Translations under genes and position numbers: made by a program
The notes under the pieces: generated by a model
Seen by the model: the letters and a program-made list of their open reading frames with translations, nothing else
The model's database searches: none
Told to the model about the DNA's origin: nothing
In this document: piece after piece, positions 38,152-50,329 of the stretch
Layout of the letters: each line of letters begins with the position of its first letter
Numbering within the stretch: position 1 is the first letter of the stretch
NCBI RefSeq assembly: GCF_044704955.1
Contig: NC_091985.1
Span: 96,224,001-96,288,000, forward strand
Source of the DNA: Pristiophorus japonicus
Taxonomy: Eukaryota
Direction: 5' to 3'
DNA: 64,000 nucleotides

Positions 38152-38845
38152 GGGGCAGAATTTCCGACGTCCCGGGCCCGTGCGAAGTTTCTACAGACCC
38201 AGGAAGAAACATAGAAACATAGAAAGTAGGTGCAGGAACAGGTCATTCGGCCCTTCAAGCCTGCACCACCATTCAATAAGATCATGGCTGATCATGCAAC
38301 TTCAGTACCCCATTCTTGCTTTCTCTCCATACCCCTTGATCCCTTTAGCCGTAAGGGCCACATCTAACTCCCTTTTGAATATATCTAACGGAAAGCATCG
38401 GAAAAGCCAGTTTTCAGCGCGCAATGCACATGCGCTGAAAACTGGCTTTTCCGATCTGTCAAGCTGGTGTTTGACAGATCATCTGCAGATCGGGTGCAAG
38501 GACAGTTGTCAATGGAAATTTGGGCTACTTACCCATATCTTGCACGGCAAATGTCTTCAAAACTCTTGTGCCTGAAAAAGCAGGCGCATAGCCTACTTAT
38601 ACAGGTGTAAGAGTTTAAAAACATAGAAAAAACATGGTTAGAATAAAAATTTTAAAAACACATTTATGTTAAAACCCTGCCTACTCGGATAATGTTAATT
38701 TAAACCCTAACCCTAACTTTTTTTAAAAATTGGCAATTTTTTTTCTTTCAAAAACATGTGTAACATTTTTAATTTATATTAAGTTTATTGTGTGAGATTC
38801 TTTATTGATTTGCCCGTGGGAAGTCCTCCTCGGAATTTCTGCCCC
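38152..38845. mobile_element. Harbinger-type MITE containing a minus-strand CR1 tail (38207-38390)
   Basis: TIRs GGGGCAGAATTTCCGA / TCGGAATTTCTGCCCC; internal palindromes shared with the 9 kb and 15 kb elements. Confidence 0.82.
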
Positions 38846-38847
38846 AT

Positions 38848-39022
38848 TATATTTAAGGTAGAGATGGACAGATTTTTGAACGATAAGTGAGTGAAGGGTT
38901 ATGGGGAGCAGGCAGAGAAGTGGAGCTGAGCCCAAGATCAGGTCAGCCATGATCTTATTAAATGGCGGAGCAGGCTCAAGGGCCCAAATGGCCTACTCCT
39001 GCTCCTATTTCTTATGTTCTTA
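38848..39022 (+). mobile_element. CR1 3' tail fragment
   Basis: GGTTATGGGGAG...GGCCTACTCCTGCTCCTATTTCTTATGTTCTTA. Confidence 0.85.
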
Positions 39023-40490
39023 CGAACCTTCACTTGATTTCGCACTCGCAGCCATCAGCTCAGATACTGACAATCTGCATAATTTAGAGGATAGCTTAGG
39101 CGCAGGATCTGCATGTAGTGAGACACCGGGCATGAGTGGCCTGCAGCCGGGGCAGGGGTCAAGTATAGCTCAGGTGCCAGCTCCCCAGAGGTCGAGGTTT
39201 GCAGGGGTTCTGCTGCAGAGGCCTTAGATGAGGACTTCAATGGGGCAGGTTACAGAAGAAGACTGATGGGTCTGCCAGAAAGCCTGCATGCTATGTCAAG
39301 GAGCATGGACGAGACCGGTACCAACTTGGCACAGGGCTTTGCGCAGACTTTGGAGCCCATCCTTTCCAGTATGGAAGTGATGGCCAACTCCATTAGCACA
39401 CTTGCGGACCCAACCATGATGCAGTATCTGATGGCCGATGCCTCAGCTTGCATTGCAGCACCTGATGTCTGAATGCTGCACCGGAAGCACAGACTGCTGC
39501 CACACAAGCTCAGACTGCTGCCATCGTGGCTGCAATTACTAGTGTTCAAAGGGTGTCACAGCAGTGCTGCAATCTGTCCTCCAATATTTACTAAGATTGT
39601 TGAACCGCTGCCTGGGGAAGTGGAAGTGGCTCCCACCCCTGCCACTCTGCCTGTGCCCTAGCTGTTGCCCGTCAGCTAGCCAGTCGAATGCTGCCACCCA
39701 TGCTGAGATAGTGCAGTCTGAAGCTGGGCCATCTGCAGTCTCCTCCACTGAAAGTCAGCAGCCTTGCTGCAGCCACTGTGTTAGTCCTGGGTAGGAGCAC
39801 TAGGATGAGCAAAGGCACAGGGAAGTCAGGAACTAAAGAAATGCAGAAGGGTGATTAGCTGACATTTGCATGCAGTATGGCATGGTTTAATTTATAAATT
39901 TGGTTTAGAAGGTTTATTTTGTGTTGGCTTTTATTTTTGCATTGTGGCCAATTGGACACTGTGATGCTCAGTAACAATGTGAAGTCAAGGTGTGGGACTG
40001 TTGGAGAATGTGGAATTGGGGTCGTGTTTACTGGTATTGCAGTTGGATAAATCGGTCTCGGATAGCTCTACCAGAAAGGGACTGTCTTGGTTGCCTCCTC
40101 CTTTCCTCTTATTCCTCCTGAGTCGGTTGCCATATAGCTGGTGGCAGGGCTATGCCCTCATGATGGTGAGGTTGTGCTGCATGCAGCCAACCACCACGAA
40201 TCTCGACACCCACTCTGTTGAGTACTGCAAAGCTCCTCCAGAGAGGACCAGGCAGTGAAAATGATGCTTCACCACGCCAATGGTCTGCTTGATGATATTT
40301 CATGTGGCAGCAGACTTTTGTTGAATGAATGCAGCCCACGTGTACTTGGGTTGCACAACAAAGTGATGAGCCATGTTGGTTAACGTGTAGCCCTTGTCGC
40401 CCAGTTGTCACCTCCTGGTTTGTCGTGGTGGGTCAAATGCAGATGGCACAGCGGATTGCCCAGAATTAAGGCATCATGATTGCTGCCAGG

Positions 40491-42082
40491 AAAAAGACTT
40501 GGATTTATATAGCGCCTTTCACGACCACCGGACATCTCAAAGCATTTACAGCCAATGAAGTACTTTTGGAGTGTAGTCACTGTTGTAATATAAGAAGCGC
40601 GGTAGCCAATTTGCGCACAAGCAAGCTCCCACAAACAGCAATGTGATGGAAGGGGAGCTTGGGGTGTGGGTTCGAATCCACCCCGCCCTGGGGTTCTGTA
40701 CGTGCGATTTATGAGGATGGGTGAGTAACGAGGCACCAGACACAGTGGGTAAGAGTACAAAATGGCTAATGTTGTTTATTTAGAATAGTAAACACCAAGA
40801 TAGAGGGCATAGGAAGAGGTCATAAATAGCAGTAATGGCGCAATCTCACTCAACAACACAAAAAATCTCGCAAAAGGGGAAGGGGAAAATAAGAGGTTAA
40901 AACATTCCACTCACACACAACCACATCTCCCACTTCCACCCTTATTACCAATTCCGATCCTAAATTGAGTCTCTGAGGGGGTTTGGGCTGTACTCACAAT
41001 CCTATCAACTCCAGGGTTCTGTAGCACTTATTTCAGCTCAGGGTTTTAAGTTGTCGGTCATGTCGGTTCTCCTCCTCGATGTTTCGTCGGTTTCTTCTCT
41101 TCGCCTTTCGGTTGTCTCCTAAGCAAAAAGCTGCTGGAGTTAAGCACACCTTCCCCAGAGCGAGGGCCCTGTGAAAAACTGACTCAACTCCCACAAGCTG
41201 ACTCCAACCTCCAACCTCTGGTTGGTTTTCTTGCTCAGCTCAGCTGTGGGAAGTCACTGCCACTGCCTGCTGGTTTTCAGTCTCGGTGGCTTCGTCTGCG
41301 GAACTGCTGCTTCTTCCTCTGGTGGAGCGAGAGCGAGAGGGAGAGAGAGCTCTCCCTAGATACAAGCTGCAAGCTGCCAGCTCCAAGCTCCAAGCTCTCC
41401 AACTTCCAAAACCTCCCCCACCTTCCAAAACCTCCCACCTCTCCAACTTCCTTGTGGGTTTTTGCAGCTTTTCTTATAGCCCGTTCATGGGGTGTGAATG
41501 GCAGTTCGATGTGTATCAATCTGTCTGGAATGAAGGTGATTGTTCACTATCCGACAGAGGTGACACTCTGTTTGGGCTGGCCAAACTGATTGCATCAGAC
41601 CTGTGGGCCTTTGTTTAATTATTCAAACTGATACCCTTTGTGTTGCCTTGTGTAATTACTGGGGAGATTTTGCCTGTACAGGGTGGCCAGAGTCCCATCA
41701 TCCTCCGCGATTTACAGGCTGTTGGCTGCAGTTGGACATTTTAAACATGGCATCTTCCCATTCTCCCTGCCACATGTCTCCGTGGTTGGTTTTGCAGAAC
41801 CTTACAGTGAATGACCAGATAATCTGTTTTTATTATGTTGATTGAGGGATAAATATTGGCCAGGATACTGGGGATAACTCCCCTGCTCTTCTTCGAAATA
41901 GTGCCATGGGATCTTTTACGTCCACTGGAGAGAGCAGATGGGTTCTCGGTTTAACTTCTCATCCGAAAGACAGCAGCTCCAACTGTGCAGCGCTCCATCA
42001 GTTCTGCACTGGAGTGGGACTTGAACCCACAACCTTCTGACTCAGAGGCGAGAGTGCTACCAACTGAGCCACAGCTGACACT
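40491..42082 (-). mobile_element. tRNA-derived SINE (Deu-domain, SacSINE1-like) split by a solo LTR
   Basis: Minus-strand A box TGGCTCAGTTGG and B box GGTTCAAGTCC at ~42015-42072; body and L2-like tail (GCGCTATATAAAT) collinear with the SINE at 58505-58978. Confidence 0.85.
40647..41806 (-). mobile_element. Solo LTR (1160 bp, probably ERV-like)
   Basis: TGGAAGG...CCTTACA termini; perfect 4-bp TSD GTGA; minus-strand CTATAAG (~41475) and AATAAA (~40776). Confidence 0.82.
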
Positions 42083-43954
42083 CCGGGCATTCACCTGCAT
42101 AATTCACTGAGTATGGTCGCACACCAGATGGACATTGAGGGAGTGAAATCCCTTTTGGTTGCAGTACATCTCAGAGTTCACATGTGGCACCTGCACAACA
42201 GCGTGTATGCAGTCAATGGCACCCTCCACCACGGAGAAGCTTGCAACCACAGGGGTCCCCTGCGGTCATCCCCTGCAAAACAGATACACCGCTTTGAGTA
42301 CTGTTGAGGGGGATGACTCATCAGGGGAGGGCAGCAGCAGCCAAGTTCATGGCACCGTGGCTGGCTCTGCTGCACAGAAGAGGAGGAAAAAGAGTGGGAG
42401 AGCGATAGTGATAGGGGATTCAATTGTAAGGGGAATAGATAGGCGTTTCTGTGGCCGCAACCGAGACTCCAGGATGGTATGTTGCCTCCCTGGTGCAAGG
42501 GTCAAGGATATCTCGGAGCGGGTGCAGGACATTCTGAAAAGGGAGGGTGAACAGCCAGTTGTCGTGGTGCACATTGGTACTAACGATATTGGTAAAAAAA
42601 GGGATGAGGTCCTACGAGACGAATTTAAGGAGCTAGGAGCTGAATTAAAACGTAGGACCTCAAAAGTAGTAATCTCGGGATTGCTACCAGTGCCATGTGC
42701 TAGTCAGAGTAGGAATCGCAGGATAGCTCAGATGAATACGTGGCTTGAGCAGTGGTGCAGCAGGGAGGGATTCAAATTCCTGGGGCATTGGAACCGGTTC
42801 TGGGGGAGGTGGGACCAGTACAAACCGGACAGTCTACACCTGGGCAGGACTGGAACCAATGTCCTAGGGGGAGTGTTTGCTGGTGCCGTTGGTGAGGAGT
42901 TAAACTAATATGGCAGGGGGATGGGAACCAATGCAGGGAGACAGAGGGAAACAAAATGGAGACAGAAGCAAAAGAGAGAAAGGAGATGAGTAAAAGTGGA
43001 GGGCAGAGAAAACCAAGGCAAAAAACAAAAAGGGCCACTGTACAGCAAAATTCTAATGGGTCAACGTGTAATAAAAAGGCAAGCCTGAAAGCTCGGTGCC
43101 TCAATGCGAGGAGTGTTTGGAACCCAGGAGAGGGCTCTGAGCTAGTTAGAGTGGGTGAGAACTCAGATGAACAGGACCCCAAGAAAGAATGCAAAAGGCA
43201 GGAGGCAACAGAGCAGAGTAGCACTGAGGTAAGTGTAAACCACAAGGTGATAGGAAGAGACAATATGTATGAATATAAAGGGGTTGCAGGAGGGTTCAAA
43301 ACTAAAAATCATGGTTTAAAAACTAGTATTAAAACACTCCACCTAAACGCACGCAGCATTCGAAATAAAGTAAATGAGTTGACGGCACAAATCATTACAA
43401 ATGGGTATGATTTGGTGGCCATTACAGAAACGAGGTTGCAGGGTGGCCAAGACTGGGAATTAAACATACAGGGGTATCTGACAACTCGGAAAGATAGACA
43501 AGAAGGGAAAGGAGGTGGGGTAGCTCTGTTAATAAAGGATGATATCAGGGCAGTTGTGAGAGACGATATTGGCTCTAATGAACAAAATGTTGAATCATTG
43601 TGGGTGGAGATTAGAGATAGTAAGGGGAAAAAGTCACTGGTGGGCGAAGTTTATAGGCCCCCAAATAATAACTTCACGGTGGGGCGGGCAATAATCAAGG
43701 GAATAATGGAGGCATGTGAAAAAGGAACGGCAGTAATCATGGGGGATTTTAACCTACATATCGATTGGTCAAATCAAATCGCACGGGGTAGCCTTGAGGA
43801 GGAATTCATAGAGTGCATACGGGATTGTTCTTAGAACAGTATGTTACAGAACCTACAAGGGAGCAAGCTATCTTAGATCTGGTCCTGTGTAATGAGACAG
43901 GAATAATAAACGATCTCCTAGTAAAAGATCCTCTCGGAATGAGTGATCACAGTA

Positions 43955-44552
43955 TCGAGAGAGGCAGCGGCCTATAAAAGGCTCAGCAGTCCGGGGAGCG
44001 TCGAGAGACGCGGGAGTCGAGAGAGGCAGCGGCCTATAAAAGGCTCAGCAGTCCGGGGAGCATCGAGAGACGCGGGAGTCGAGAGAGGCAGCGGCCTATA
44101 AAAGGCTCAGCAGTCCGGGGAGCGTCGAGAGACGCGGGAGTCGAGAGAGGCAGCGGCCTATAAAAGGCTCAGCAGTCCGGGGAGCGTCGAGAGACGCGGG
44201 AGTCGAGAGAGGCAGTGGCCTATAAAAGGCTCAGCAGTCCGGGGAGCGTCGAGAGAGGTGGGAGTCGAGAGAGGCAGCGGCCTATAAAAGGCTCAGCAGT
44301 CCGGGGAGCGTCGAGAGAGGCAGCAGCCTATAAAAGGCTCAGCAGTCCGGGGAGCGTCGAGAGAGGCGGGAGTCGAGAGAGGCAGCGGCCTATAAAAGGC
44401 TCAGCAGTCCGGGGAGCGTCGAGAGACGCGGGAGTTGAGAGAGGCAGCGGCCTATAAAAGGCTCAGCAGTCCGGGGAGCGTCGAGAGACGCGGGAGTCGA
44501 GAGAGGCAGCGGCCTATAAAAGGCTCAGCAGTCCGGGGAGCATCGAGAGAGG
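43955..44552 (+). repeat. 62-bp tandem repeat (10 units, one shortened to 46 bp), each with CCTATAAAAGG; putative monomer promoter
   Basis: TATAAAA at 43973, 44035, 44097, 44159, 44221, 44283, 44329, 44391, 44453 and 44515; CpG-rich. Confidence 0.95.
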
Positions 44553-44609
44553 CGTACTTGTGCAGCTCCAGCTGAGAGAAGTCAAAAAAGAAGTAGAAAG
44601 AAATCAAAA

Positions 44610-44680
44610 GGTGACGTCACAGCCAACGTGGTAAGTGATTGGCTGCTGATTGGTGAGTAGTTTTTCTTTTTCTTTATTAG
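44610..44680 (+). promoter_or_regulatory. CR1 5' UTR motif cluster: CRE, two inverted CCAAT boxes, splice-site-like motifs
   Basis: TGACGTCA, GTG/GTAAGT, GATTGG x2, G/GTGAGT, and a polypyrimidine tract ending TTAG. Motif match only. Confidence 0.5.
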
Positions 44681-44734
44681 TCAGTAACTTTTAACATTGT
44701 TGTCGGCAATTTAAGTGTATCTAAGGGTTAAGTC

Positions 44735-45682
44735 ATGGCAGGACAGCTCGGTCATGTGATATGCTCCTCCTGTACCATGTGGGAACACGGGGACAACACC
44801 AGTGTCCCTGACGACTACATGTGCGGGAAGTGTGTCCACCTCCGGCTACTGACGGTCCGCGTTGCGGAGTTGGAGCTGAAGGTGGATTCACTCTGGAGCA
44901 TCCACGATGCTGAGAATGACGTGAGTATCACGTGTAGCGAATTGGTCTTACCGCAGGAGAAGGGTCCACAGCCAGCGAGGGAATGGAAGACCAGCAGGAA
45001 GAGTAGTGCAAGGAAGGTAGTGCAGGGGTCCCCTGTGGTCATCCCACTGCGAAACAGATACACTGCTTTGAGTGCTGTTGAGGGGGATGACTCATCAGGA
45101 GCGGGCAGCAGCAGCCAAGTTCATGGCACCATGGCTGGCTCTGTTGCACAGGAGGGCAGGAAAAAGAGTGGGCGAGCGACAGTGATAGGGGATTCAATTG
45201 TAAGGGGAATAGATAGGCGTTTCTGCGGCCGCAACCGAGACTCCAGGATGGTATGTTGCCTCCCTGGTGCAAGGGTCAAGGATGTCTCGGAGCGAGTGCA
45301 GGACATTCTAAAAAGGGAGGGAGAACAGCCAGTTGTCGTGGTGCACGTTGGTACCAATGACATAGGTAAAAAAAGGGATGAGTTCCTACGAAATGAATTT
45401 AAGGAGCTAGGAGCTAAATTAAAAAGTAGGACCTCAAAAGTAGTAATCTCGGGATTGCTACCAGTGCCACGTGCTAGTCAGAGTAGGAATCGCAGGATAG
45501 CTCAGATGAATACGTGGCTTGAGCAATGGTGCAGCAGGGAGGGATTCAAATTCCTGGGGCATTGGAACCGGTTCTGGGGGAGGTGGGACCAGTACAATCC
45601 GGACGGTCTGCACCTGGGCAGAATCGGAACCAATGTCCTCGGGGGAGTGTTTGCTAGTGCTGTTGGGGAGGAGTTAAACTAA
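44735..45682 (+). CDS. CR1 ORF1p: Zn finger, leucine zipper, SGNH/GDSL esterase
   Basis: 315 aa open; CSSC...CGKC, heptad leucines, IGDSIV, HVGTND and DGLHL motifs. Confidence 0.93.
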   Translation: MAGQLGHVICSSCTMWEHGDNTSVPDDYMCGKCVHLRLLTVRVAELELKVDSLWSIHDAENDVSITCSELVLPQEKGPQPAREWKTSRKSSARKVVQGSPVVIPLRNRYTALSAVEGDDSSGAGSSSQVHGTMAGSVAQEGRKKSGRATVIGDSIVRGIDRRFCGRNRDSRMVCCLPGARVKDVSERVQDILKREGEQPVVVVHVGTNDIGKKRDEFLRNEFKELGAKLKSRTSKVVISGLLPVPRASQSRNRRIAQMNTWLEQWCSREGFKFLGHWNRFWGRWDQYNPDGLHLGRIGTNVLGGVFASAVGEELN

Positions 45683-45759
45683 TATGGCAGGGGGATGGGA
45701 ACCAATGCAGGGAGATAGAGGGAAACAAAAAGGAGGCAAAAACAAAAGACAGAAAGGAG

Positions 45760-48663
45760 ATGAGGAAAAGTGGAGGGCAGAGAAACCCAAGGCAAAGAAC
45801 AAAAAGGGCCATTGTACAGCAAAATTCTAAAAGGACAGAGGGTGTTAAAAAAACAAGCCTAAAGGCTTTGTGTCTTAATGCAAGGAGTATCCGCAATAAG
45901 GTGGATGAATTAACTGTGCAAATAGATGTTAACAAATATGATGTGATTGGGATTACGGAGACGTGGCTCCAGGATGATCAGGGCTGGGAACTCAACATCC
46001 AGGGGTATTCAACATTCAGGAAGGATAGAATAAAAGGAAAAGGAGGTGGGGTAGCATTGCTGGTTAAGGAGGAGATTAAGGCAATAGTTAGGAAGGACAT
46101 TAGCTTGGATGATGTGGAATCTATATGGGTAGAGCTGCAGAACACCAAAGGGCAAAAAACGTTAGTGGGAGTTGTGTACAGACCTCCAAACAGTAGTAGT
46201 GATGTTGGGGAGGGCATCAAACATGAAATTAGGGGTGCGTGCAATAAAGGTGCAGCAGTTATAATGGGTGACTTTAATATGCACATAGATTGGGCTAACC
46301 AAACTGGAAGCAATACGGTGGAGGAGGATTTTCTGGAGTGCATAAGGGATGGTTTTTTAGACCAATATGTCGAGGAACCAACTAGGGGGGAGGCCATCTT
46401 AGACTGGGTGTTATGTAATGAGAGAGGATTAATTAGCAATCTCGTTGTGCGAGGCCCCTTGGGGAAGAGTGACCATAATATGGTGGAATTCTGCATTGGG
46501 ATGGAGAATGAAACAGTTAATTCAGAGACCATGGTCCAGAACTTAAAGAAGGCTAACTTTGAAGGTATGAGGCGTGAATTGGCTGGGATGGATTGGCGAA
46601 TGATACTTAAGGGGTTGACTGTGGATGGGCAATGGCAGACATTTAGAGACCGCATGGATGAACTACAACAATTGTACATTCCTGTCTGACATAAAAATAA
46701 AAAAGGGAAGGTGGCTCAACCGTGGCTATCAAGGGAAATCAGGGATAGTATTAAAGCCAAGGAAGTGGCATACAAATTGGCCAGAAATAGCAGCGAACCT
46801 GGGGACTGGGAGAAATTTAGAACTCAGCAGAGGAGGACAAAGGGTTTGATTAGGGCAGGGAAAATGGAGTATGAGAAGAAGCTTGCAGGGAACATTAAGA
46901 CGGATTGCAAAAGTTTCTATAGATATGTAAAGAGAAAAAGGTTAGTAAAGACAAACGTAGGTCCCCTGCAGTCAGAATCAGGGGAAGTCATAACGGGGAA
47001 CAAAGAAATGGCTGACCAATTGAACAAGTACTTTGGTTCGGTATTCACGAAGGAGGACACGAACAACCTTCCGGTTATAAAAGGGGTCAGGGGGTCTAGT
47101 AAGGAGGAGGAACTGAGGGAAATCCTTATTAGCCGGGAAATTGTGTTGGGGAAATTGATGGGATTGAAGGCCGATAAATCCCCAGGGCCTGATGGACTGC
47201 ATCCCAGAGTACTTAAGGTGGCCTTGGAAATAACGGATGCATTGACAGTCATTTTCCAACATTCCATTGACTCTGGATCAGTTCCTATCGAGTGCAGGGT
47301 AGCCAATGTAACCCCACTTTTTAAAAAAGGAGGGAGAGAGAAAACAGGGAATTATAGACCGGTCAGCCTGACATCAGTAGTGGGTAAAATGATGGAATCA
47401 ATTATTAAGGATGTCATAGCAGCGCATTTGGAAAGAGGTGACATGATAGTTCCAAGTCAGCATGGATTTGTGAAAGGGAAATCATGCTTGACAAATCTTC
47501 TGGAATATTTTGAGGATGTTTCCAGTAGAGTGGACAAGGGAGAACCAGTTGATTTGGTATATTTGGACTTTCAGAAGGCTTTCGACAAGGTCCCACATAA
47601 GAGATTAATGTGCAAAGTTAAAGTACATGGGATTAGGGGTAGTGTGCTGCCATGGATTGAGAACTGGTTGTCAGACAGGAAGCAAAGAGTAGGAGTAAAT
47701 GGGTACTTTTCAGAATGGCAGGCAGTGACTAGTGGGGTACCGCAAGGTTCTGTGCTGGGGCCCCAGCTGTTTACACTGTACATTAATGATTTAGATGAGG
47801 GGGTTAAATGTAGTATCTCCAAATTTGCGGATGACACTAAGTTGGGTGGCAGTGTGAGCTGCGAGGAGGATGCTGTGAGGCTGCAGAGCGACTTGGATAG
47901 GTTAGGTGAGTGGGCAAATGCATGGCAGATGAAGTATAATGTGGATAAATGTGAGGTTATCCACTTTGGTGGTAAAAACAGAGAGACAGACTATTATCTG
48001 AATGGTGACAGATTAGGAAAAGGGGAGGTGCAAAGAGACCTGGGTGTCATGGTACATCAGTCATTGAAGGTTGGCATGCAGGTGCAGCAGGCGGTTAAGA
48101 AAGCAAATGGCATGTTGGCCTTCATAGCAAGGGGATTTGAGTACAGGGGCAGGGAGGTGTTGCTACAGTTGTACAGGGCATTGGTGAGGCCACACCTGGA
48201 GTACTGTGTACAGTTTTGGTCTCTTAACCTGAGGAAGGACATTCTTGCTATTGAGGGAGTGCAGCGAAGGTTCACCAGACTGATTCCCGGGATGGCGGGA
48301 CTGACCTATCAAGAAAGACTGGATCAACTGGGCTTGTATTCACTGGAGTTCAGAAGAATGAGAGGGGACCTCATAGAAACATTTAAAATTCTGACGGGGT
48401 TAGACAGGTTAGATGCAGGAAGAATGTTCCCAATGTTGGGGAAGTCCAGAACCAGGGGTCACAGTCTAAGGATAAGGGGTAAGCCATTTAGGACCGAGAT
48501 GCGGAGGAACTTCTTCACCCAGAGAGTGGTGAACCTGTGGAATTCTCTACCACAGAAAGTTGTTGAGGCCAATTCACTAAATATATTCAAAAAGGAGTTA
48601 GATGAGGTCCTTACTACTAGGGGGATCAAGGGGTATGGCGAGAAAGCAGGAATGGGGTACTGA
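45760..48663 (+). pseudogene. CR1 ORF2p (APE endonuclease + reverse transcriptase) with a single in-frame TGA
   Basis: ORFs 45760-46689 and 46711-48663 are in the same frame; the TGA at 46687-46689 is W in sister copies; LNARS, ITETW, GDFN, SDHN, PQGS and FADD motifs are present. Confidence 0.93.
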
Positions 48664-50329
48664 AGTTGAATGTTCAGCCATGAACTCATTGAATGGCGGT
48701 GCAGGCTAGAAGGGCCGAATGGCCTACTCCTGCACCTATTTTCTATGTTTCTATGTTTCTATGTAATACAGATTGAGGGTGAGGAAGTAGTGTCTCAAAC
48801 GAATGTACTATGCTTAAACAAAGGGGACTACAGTGAGATGAGGGCAGATTTGGCTGAAGTAGACTGGAAACACAGACTAAACGGTGGCACAATTGAGGAA
48901 CAGTGGAGGACTTTTAAGGAGCTCTTTCATAGTGCTCAACAAAAATATATTCCAGTGAAAAAGAAAGGTGGTAAGAGAAGGGATAACCAGCCGTGGATAA
49001 CCAAGGAAATAAAGGAGAGTATCAAATTAAAAATCAATGCGTATAAGGTGGCCAAGGTTAGTGGGAAACTAGAAGATTGGGAACATTTTAAACAACAGCA
49101 AAGAATGACTAAGAAAGCAATAAAGAAAGGAAAGATAGATTACGAAAGTAAACTTGCGCAAAACATAAAAACAAATGGTAAAAGCTTTTACAGATATATA
49201 AAACGAAAAAGACTGATTAAAGTAAATGTTGGTCCCTTAGAAGATGAGAAGGGGGATTTAATAATGGGAAATGTGGAAATGGCTGAGACCTTAAACAATT
49301 ATTTTGCTTTGGTCTTCACAGTGGAAGACACAAAAGCCATGCCAAAAATTGCTGGTCACGGGAATGTGGGAAGGGAGGACCTTGAGATAATCACTATCAC
49401 TAGCGGGGTAGTGCTGGACAGGCTAATGGGACTCAAGGTAGACAAGTCCCCTGGTCCTGATGAAATGCATCCCAGGGTATTAAAAGAGATGGCGGAAGTT
49501 ATAGCAGATGCATTCGTTATAATCTACCAAAATTCTCTGGACTCTGGGGAGGTACCAGCGGATTGGAAAGCAGCTAATGTAACGCCTCTGTTTAAAAAAG
49601 GGGGCAGACAAAAGGCAGGTAACTAGAGGCCGGTAAGTTTAACATCTGTAGTGGGGAAAGTGCTTGAAACTATCATCAAGGAAGAAATAGCGGGACATCT
49701 AGACAGGAATAGTGCAATCAAGCAGACACAACATAGATTCATGAAGGGGAAATCATGTTTAACTAATTTACTGGAATTCTTTGAGGATATAACGAGCATG
49801 GTGGATAGAGGTGTACTGATGGATGTGATGTATTTAGATTTCTAAAAGGCATTCGATAAGGTGCCACACAAAAGGTTACTGCAGAAGATAAAGGTACGCG
49901 GAGTCAGAGGAAATGTATTAGCATGGATAGAGAATTGGCTGCCGAACAGAAAGCAGAGAGTCGGGATAAATGGGTCCTTTTCGGGTTGGAAATCGGTGGT
50001 TAGTGGTGTGCCACAGGGATCGGTGCTGGGACCACAACTGTTTACAATATACATAGATGACCTGGAAGAGGGGATAGAGTGTAGTGTAACAAAATTTGCA
50101 GATGACACAAAGATTAGTGGGAAAGCGGGTTATGTAGAGGACACAGAGAGGCTGCAAAGAGAATTAGATAGGTTAAGCGAGTGGGCTAAGGTTTGGCAGA
50201 TGGAATACAATGTCGGAAAATGTGAGGTCATCCACCTTGGAAAAAAACAGTAAAAGGGAATATTATTTGAATGGGGAGAAATTACAACATGCTGCGGTGC
50301 AGAGGGACCTGGGGGTCCTTGTGCATGAA

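Larger units (their letters stand above)
43955..48763 (+). mobile_element. Full-length young CR1 LINE
   Basis: 5' tandem array, intact ORF1, ORF2 with one stop, (TTCTATGT)x3 tail. Confidence 0.96.

Noticed and set aside
38702-38717. Interstitial telomeric repeat (CCCTAA)2
   Set aside because: Only about two units within an AT-rich MITE interior.
42159-42908. 249-aa ORF as a novel fusion protein
   Set aside because: The N-terminus is antisense Harbinger nuclease sequence running by chance into a truncated CR1 ORF1.
43955-44552. CRISPR-like regularly spaced repeats
   Set aside because: Units are fully repeated with no unique spacers, there are no cas genes, and the array is the 5' end of a LINE in eukaryotic DNA.
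45978-47837. Long antisense ORFs over CR1 ORF2
   Set aside because: Typical shadow ORFs of a coding strand, with no recognisable domain.
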